Virus record (IMG/VR): IMGVR_UViG_2728369139_000007
Coordinates: 765 to 64,764 of that record
From: a virus
Taxonomy: Duplodnaviria; Caudoviricetes
Length of the DNA stretch: 64,000 nt
Reading direction: 5' to 3' (one strand)
Shown here: piece by piece, positions 59,085 to 64,000 of the stretch
Layout: every line of letters begins with the position of its first letter
Numbering within the stretch: the stretch's first letter is position 1
Position numbers and translations under genes: made by a program
The notes under the pieces: generated by a model
Databases searched by the model: none
The model's input: only the letters and a program-made list of their open reading frames with translations
What the model was told of the DNA's origin: nothing

Positions 59085-60182
59085 TCACTTTAAAATATCA
59101 AAAATTTTTATGTAGAATAAGTTTCCGTCCTTTAAAAACCGATGATAAGCTTTTCTGCGCAGTTCTTCATCATTCGTTGCAACAGATAAATAAAAATCTT
59201 GGATTGCAGTTCGATTACTAATCCGATTTAATATTTCACAAGCTTCGCTTTTCTTGTTTTGACGGATATACTGTAACGCAATTTCAGCGTTATCATGTAT
59301 ATATTCTAATTTTACATGAATATTATGAATAATACAACAAAAAGCGGTCGTATTTTCCACTAATTTTCTTTTTAGTAATGATTTGTTATTCTTTATTTTT
59401 CTTAATTCTGAAAGTGATAGTTCAAAAAAATGTAATGCTTTATCAGGATCACAAAAAATATAACTTTCAGCAAATATACTTAGTGCTGTAGCTTTCATTA
59501 AAAGTGGAATCTCTTGTTTTTCTAGCACATTCTGTAACAATTCCCTTGCTGTTTTTACTTCGTCTTGCATTAAATATGCATATGCGCAAATTATATTTAA
59601 TTCAACTTCATTTAATGTCTTTTCCAAACCTTTTGGCATTCCATTAATTTTCTCTTGTATCATTCCTTGTATAACTGTTAATACATTATATGCTCCTAAA
59701 TCAAAATAGCCATATACACTTAAGGTGTTCACAAGAATATTCACACCTGTTTTATTTAGATTTACCTTTGTACGTAATATTTCAATTTCTTTAAGAAATG
59801 CTCCTGCTCTTAATGAATGTGTTTGTCTATCTAAACAGACACGGAATACATCTCTGTAATTATTAGTTACTGATTGTTTATATTCTTTCTTCACGAGGTC
59901 TTGAAGTAACTCTGTATAACCTGACAAATATAAATAATACATTGCAGTTCTTATATCTGCCTCTTTATCAGTACAATTTAAAAATTCTTTAACTACTTCC
60001 ATCTTCTGTTCTTCAGAATCAAGACCATTTAATATCTTAACTAATTTTGCGAAAGTCATAGGCACTTTTCCATTCAGTGTTTTCCATAAATTTGATTGTG
60101 ATAAATTTGTTATTTTTGAAAGCTTTAATGAATTTAATTCATCCTCTAAAATAATACCGCTTAAACTAGATACTTTATTCAT
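59085..60182 (-). CDS. aimR: AimR arbitrium receptor (N-terminal HTH plus helical TPR-like region), 365 aa
   Basis: Start MNKVSS after AAAGGAGG; HTH SQSNLWKTLNGK; C-terminal FLKDGNLFY; followed by a signal-peptide gene. Confidence 0.85.
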   Translation of the reverse strand: MNKVSSLSGIILEDELNSLKLSKITNLSQSNLWKTLNGKVPMTFAKLVKILNGLDSEEQKMEVVKEFLNCTDKEADIRTAMYYLYLSGYTELLQDLVKKEYKQSVTNNYRDVFRVCLDRQTHSLRAGAFLKEIEILRTKVNLNKTGVNILVNTLSVYGYFDLGAYNVLTVIQGMIQEKINGMPKGLEKTLNEVELNIICAYAYLMQDEVKTARELLQNVLEKQEIPLLMKATALSIFAESYIFCDPDKALHFFELSLSELRKIKNNKSLLKRKLVENTTAFCCIIHNIHVKLEYIHDNAEIALQYIRQNKKSEACEILNRISNRTAIQDFYLSVATNDEELRRKAYHRFLKDGNLFYIKIFDILK

Positions 60183-60282
60183 AATGAAGCCTCCTTTGAA
60201 CGCGAGACACCTTCCCTGAAATTTCTCAATAGAAAAACTATACCATTTAAGCTTTTTTGAATTTAATATGTTATACTTGTGC

Positions 60283-60372
60283 TGACTCATGGCAAGTGTT
60301 TTCCCTACCATATTAGGGGAACAGCATAAGAGTGGCTGCACACTACTTTTGCTGCGCTATGGGTCTTTTTTG
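60283..60372 (+). ncRNA. Putative structured small RNA antisense to the aimR leader
   Basis: TGTTATACT extended -10 near 60269; outer stem gactcatggc/gctatgggtc plus T-run enclosing two hairpins. Confidence 0.45.
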
Positions 60373-60499
60373 TTCTAATTTATTCTTTAAAATCAGTTTA
60401 TCACAAGATTTAGACTCTTCATTCCATTTATAGTCAAATCATGTTGAGAAAGTTTTTTCAAGAAATCCATTTTTCCACTAAGAATATTTTACCACCAAA

Positions 60500-60513
60500 A
60501 GAACATTTGTTCT
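60500..60513. promoter_or_regulatory. LexA (Cheo) box over the aimR promoter
   Basis: AGAACATTTGTTCT (GAAC-N4-GTTC) at the -35 position of a minus-strand TGGTAAAAT extended -10. Confidence 0.7.
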
Positions 60514-60617
60514 ATATATTTTTGAACTAGTTGTCAATTTATGTGACATTCACTATTATACAGACAGATTTCGTGACATGTATAGTCTAAAAATTCTCAT
60601 GTATTTATACTAAAACT

Positions 60618-60962
60618 ATGAATACATTTGGAGAAAATTTAAAAAAGTTTAGAGCAAGTCGTTCCCTTACTCAATCAGAGTTCGGTGAAAAAGTACAGTT
60701 AAGTCGTAGTCAAGTTGGCAATTTAGAAATTAACTATAATCAACCTGATCTCGACACTCTCGATCGCATTGCAACGTATTTAGGTATTTCTGTTGATGCG
60801 TTAATGGGTAGAACGAGTACACCACATGAAAAGAACATAGCAAATGCCCTCGATGAAATTCAAACGGTTTTCGCAGGCCTGGATGAATCTCAACGAGAAC
60901 AATTTTGTAAACAACTCGTTTTATATGCAAAGTTCCTTAAAACTCATAACGAGCTGTTATGA
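60618..60962 (+). CDS. XRE HTH regulator, probably leaderless
   Basis: TQSEFGEKVQLSRSQVGNLE; TATACT -10 ends 6 nt before ATG; no SD. Confidence 0.85.
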   Translation: MNTFGENLKKFRASRSLTQSEFGEKVQLSRSQVGNLEINYNQPDLDTLDRIATYLGISVDALMGRTSTPHEKNIANALDEIQTVFAGLDESQREQFCKQLVLYAKFLKTHNELL

Positions 60963-61023
60963 GTCGATTGTAGTAGAAAACATTTCCAATCGCAACGGTA
61001 AAAATTAACAGATTTTTATCAAC

Positions 61024-61053
61024 AAAAAAAGAGAGCGCTTAGCTCTCTTTTTT
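61024..61053. terminator. Bidirectional terminator
   Basis: aaaaaaagagagc-gctta-gctctctttttt. Confidence 0.8.
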
Positions 61054-61231
61054 ATATTCCTGTGCCTGGATCTTTTATGTATCCTCCACCTACTCCAGGA
61101 TCATACATACCCATTCCACCGCCTGGATCAGTTGTATACCCGCCACCAGATCCTGGGTCCAAAATCCCCATTCCTGTACCTGGATCGAAAATCATCTTTG
61201 AACCACCTGGATCTTTTATGTACCTTTTCAT
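61052..61231 (-). CDS. Poly-DPG peptide array protein, 59 aa (six DPG units)
   Basis: AAGGGGGGA RBS; MKRYIKDPGGSKMIFDPGTGMGILDPGSGGGYTTDPGGGMGMYDPGVGGGYIKDPGTGI. Confidence 0.8.
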   Translation of the reverse strand: MKRYIKDPGGSKMIFDPGTGMGILDPGSGGGYTTDPGGGMGMYDPGVGGGYIKDPGTGI

Positions 61232-61248
61232 TTCGTTCCCCCCTTTTC

Positions 61249-61398
61249 TTATATACCTGTCCCTGGCCCAAAAATTGTTTTCCAACCTGTACCAGGGTCT
61301 TCATTACACTTCCAGCCACCACCGCCTGGTTCGTTGTGCCAACCTACATCAGGATCATTGGCTCTGTGACCACCAGGTTCCTTTGTGAATTCTCCCAT
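61249..61398 (-). CDS. Poly-(D/E)PG peptide array protein, 49 aa (five units)
   Basis: AAAGGAGG RBS; MGEFTKEPGGHRANDPDVGWHNEPGGGGWKCNEDPGTGWKTIFGPGTGI. Confidence 0.8.
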   Translation of the reverse strand: MGEFTKEPGGHRANDPDVGWHNEPGGGGWKCNEDPGTGWKTIFGPGTGI

Positions 61399-61685
61399 GT
61401 TCTCCCCTCCTTTATTCAATATACAAATATCGTAACCCACTTCTTTTATATCTGTAAATTTACTAAAACAAAAAAGAGCTTTTCAGCTCTTTTTTCAAAC
61501 TATTATGTATTTTGAAGTGGAAATTACCATTGCACTCAAATGATTTTAAGGACAATAAATTACACTATTTTACACACAGTGCTAGTAAATACTGCAATAG
61601 AATACAAAAAACACTAAACAAAATTATTAAAAATGATTGTAATTAATAATTAAACAGGATATACTAGCATTAGAAAAGCAGAAGA

Positions 61686-61750
61686 TGAGCTTGACTCTAA
61701 TCGAAGGCTTACGTTCCACGTGGGCTACTTACTAGATTGAGTGGGGCTCA
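61686..61750 (-). ncRNA. Structured RNA at the 3' end of the DUF3800 gene
   Basis: UGAGC/GCUCA, ACUC/GAGU and AAUC/GAUU stems enclosing a loop with CCACGUGG; no U-tail. Confidence 0.5.
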
Positions 61751-62593
61751 TCTTTTCTTTTTTCCTACATAATGCTTGTCCACTTTTCCAACAGATGGTG
61801 TGAACTTCCAATGTCTGTATGGATGTAACCATTTATCCCTCATACTAGATTTACCTGTGCTTTCTCCAATATTGAAATTCGGATATATTTCACGGATATT
61901 TTGATTAATGAACTTATATAATTTTTCCTTGGCAATAGTTCTTTTTCCACGTGTTCTTTGACCTTCTGGTTTAGCTTTGTGTTTTTCGTTCAGCCTAAAT
62001 TCCATGGCTCCTAAAATTACATCTAAGCATTGAAGTATATCATGGTTATGAGACTTTGCTTCAGCGATATCATCCTTACTATTGAAGAATAAGTTCGCTT
62101 TCTTAAACTCTTCCATATACTGAAGCTTGTAGATGTAATCTATGAACTCACGGTTTTTTTCTTTGGTATCGGGCAATTGGTCAAAATATGTGTACAAAGA
62201 AATAGGATTTCTTGTGTTATTTGAATATTGAAAACCAAAAGCATGCTTGAAAAACTGATAATACAACAAGAAATACTCTTTGTCACGTTGTTCTTTTGTA
62301 AGATTGGTAGCAAGGTTTTTGTTATGAGTAAACATTATCCTTATCTTTACTTTATCTTGCTTTATAAAATCAAAAAAACATTTCATAAGCTCCATATACT
62401 TTTCAAGATAATTTGCAGTAACTTTTTGCCACTTTACCTCTCCAGAAAAACCAAGCTCAACCTTCTTTGCCGCTAAAGCATCTTTTACTTCATGGAAATG
62501 AATAGATCTTACAAGTGCTCCACCGTAAAAATTCCCAAAAAACTTGCCATTCTTTTCTGATTCATCACAGTAAATAATATATTGCATTTGCAT
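61748..62593 (-). CDS. DUF3800-domain protein (RNase H-like fold)
   Basis: IYCDES, EVKW, YFDQ and LQCLDVILGA motifs. Confidence 0.82.
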   Translation of the reverse strand: MQMQYIIYCDESEKNGKFFGNFYGGALVRSIHFHEVKDALAAKKVELGFSGEVKWQKVTANYLEKYMELMKCFFDFIKQDKVKIRIMFTHNKNLATNLTKEQRDKEYFLLYYQFFKHAFGFQYSNNTRNPISLYTYFDQLPDTKEKNREFIDYIYKLQYMEEFKKANLFFNSKDDIAEAKSHNHDILQCLDVILGAMEFRLNEKHKAKPEGQRTRGKRTIAKEKLYKFINQNIREIYPNFNIGESTGKSSMRDKWLHPYRHWKFTPSVGKVDKHYVGKKKR

Positions 62594-62869
62594 ACTCCTT
62601 ATCCAAGAAATTCAAAACCGCATTTTGTTGTTTATATCTATATCTACCTCTTTAAAGACAATTGATCTGACAAAAAACATATTCCCACTTTACTTCCTAA
62701 TTATAGCTCTTTTTTACTTCTTATGTAGAATTTTTTCACATATTTATCATTTCTTTTGCACATGTTCATCATTTTTTTACATAATTTATTATCTCATGTT
62801 ATCATTCATATACCACTACCACATATCACAGCTTGTATCTAGAAAACGACTATGACGAGGTGAAAAATC

Positions 62870-64000
62870 ATGGCATACTTTCGTAAACGCGGTGAGAAGT
62901 GGTCTTTTACTATGGATGTCGGCAAAGACCCTATCACAGGTAAACGAAAACAAATCACTAAAGGTGGTTTTAAAACAAAGAAAGCTGCCCAGGAAGAAGC
63001 AGCTAGAGTAACAAATGATTTAGCAAATGGAGATTATGAGAATAGTGATATTCGCTTTTCTCAACTCGTAGAAATCTGGATGCAAGAGAAAGAAACATCA
63101 TGTAGACCATCAACATTGTATCAATACAAACGCATTCTACGCTCACGTGTTATGCCTGAATTTGCCGATAAGAGGTTATCAGATATAAAACCTCTTACAG
63201 TGCATAATTTTCACCAGAAGCTGCTTAAAGAGGGGCTAACTACAAAATACATTTCATCCGTTGATGTTATGTTAAAGCAAATCCTTGATAAAGGTGTAGA
63301 GCTAGAAATGATTAACTCAAATCCTGCAAAGAAAGCAAAGCGACCAAAGGTGAAAAAGAAAGCACAAGCTAGTTGGACAATCGACCAAGCTATGAAGTTT
63401 ATGGAGTATGCAAAAATAAAAGGCAGTTACTACATTGCATTTGTTTTGGCACTGCATACAGGCATGCGTATTGGTGAGGTATTAGCTTTACAGTGGGATG
63501 ATATTAATTTCGATAATAAAGCTATTCATGTACAACGAACGTTAACACTCGTGGATGGTAAATATGAATTAGGTGAGACAAAAACAGAAGCATCTAATCG
63601 TGTGATCCCAATGACGGAAGAATTAATGGAAGAATTGTTGGATTATCAAAATCATAAAAAAGAGAATTCCTTCGATTTATTAATTTGCACGAGAAATAAA
63701 AAAATCGTGCATCCATATACGATACGTTATCAAATGAAAGCTTTGTGCGAAGCAATTGACGTACCGTATATTAGATTCCACGATATCCGAAGAACGTTTA
63801 CAACTATTTTAATCGATTCTGGCGCAAATGCAAAGGTTGTTGCAAAATTACTTGGTCACACAAATGTTTCCACAACCTTAAATATTTATACGGATACGTA
63901 TGAAGAACGTCAAATTGAAGCGACTGAAAAGCTCGGAAATGTACTAAAAAGTGGTCGAAGTGGTCAAAATGTGGTCAATGGTGAAAATCAAGAGGGGTAA
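62870..64000 (+). CDS. int: Tyrosine integrase with N-terminal arm-binding domain
   Basis: DPITGKRKQITKGGFKTKK; TGMRIGE, RFHDIRR, LLGH...TLNIY. Confidence 0.95.
   Translation: MAYFRKRGEKWSFTMDVGKDPITGKRKQITKGGFKTKKAAQEEAARVTNDLANGDYENSDIRFSQLVEIWMQEKETSCRPSTLYQYKRILRSRVMPEFADKRLSDIKPLTVHNFHQKLLKEGLTTKYISSVDVMLKQILDKGVELEMINSNPAKKAKRPKVKKKAQASWTIDQAMKFMEYAKIKGSYYIAFVLALHTGMRIGEVLALQWDDINFDNKAIHVQRTLTLVDGKYELGETKTEASNRVIPMTEELMEELLDYQNHKKENSFDLLICTRNKKIVHPYTIRYQMKALCEAIDVPYIRFHDIRRTFTTILIDSGANAKVVAKLLGHTNVSTTLNIYTDTYEERQIEATEKLGNVLKSGRSGQNVVNGENQEG
63951..63978 (+). repeat. Candidate integrase arm-type sites
   Basis: GTGGTC at 63951, 63960 and 63971 in the 3' end of int. Confidence 0.55.

Larger units (their letters stand above)
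1..64000. mobile_element. Composite temperate phage region (phage-plasmid backbone and virion genes joined to an integrative arbitrium phage early module), B. cereus group
   Basis: Phage or plasmid genes across the whole window; two immunity regions; Rep and ParM/ParR as well as a tyrosine integrase; no host housekeeping genes. Confidence 0.85.

Noticed and set aside
60183-60341. N-terminal extensions in the ORF track for aimR (also rep, endolysin, Xpf-like, RecU, toxin)
   Set aside because: Downstream ATGs have clear SD sequences and give family-typical N-termini.
61052-61398. Poly-DPG ORFs as multi-core RiPP precursors or collagen-like repeats
   Set aside because: No leader peptide, modifying enzyme, protease or transporter nearby and no Gly-X-Y periodicity; similarity to the adjacent AimP is the simpler link, though not proven.
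61062-61515. Pro-rich + strand ORFs (61062..61388, 61132..61515) and alternate-frame 61128..61322
   Set aside because: Shadows of the Gly-rich minus-strand array genes; they lack RBSs whereas the minus ORFs have strong ones.
62625-62855. 76-aa hydrophobic ORF between DUF3800 and int
   Set aside because: Low-complexity T-rich divergent promoter region with no RBS.

Overview
AT-rich Bacillus cereus-group (inferred) temperate phage DNA, not host chromosome. It contains two different phage early regions but only one virion/lysis module. (1) 1-7.8 kb: early operon plus an ImmR/ImmA-type immunity switch. (2) 7.8-18.1 kb: plasmid-maintenance block with a type I TA locus, paired DnaA boxes, an antisense-RNA-controlled Rep with internal iterons and ParM/ParR. 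(3) 18.2-47.9 kb: siphovirus-like packaging, head, tail and lysis genes on the minus strand. (4) 48.7-64 kb: early module of an integrative phage with Xpf-like late activator, RecU, DnaC/DnaD-type replication, repressor/cro, a complete arbitrium locus (aimR-aimP-aimX; aimP and aimX are missing from the ORF track), DUF3800 and a tyrosine integrase. The most likely reading is a phage-plasmid/prophage cointegrate or hybrid. Top observations: (a) two signal-less small proteins next to aimR made almost entirely of 11 different tandem arbitrium-like (D/E/G)P(G/D) peptide units, a candidate signal-mimic or jamming system; (b) both early operons carry arrays of small-gene and small-RNA cassettes, each bounded by a shared ~20-bp AAAT-N5-TTTTG repeat; (c) a structured RNA directly after the DUF3800 gene; (d) a likely -1 frameshift fusing portal to the MuF head protein. 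Product names come from motif recognition and gene order only; no database searches or folding programs were run.
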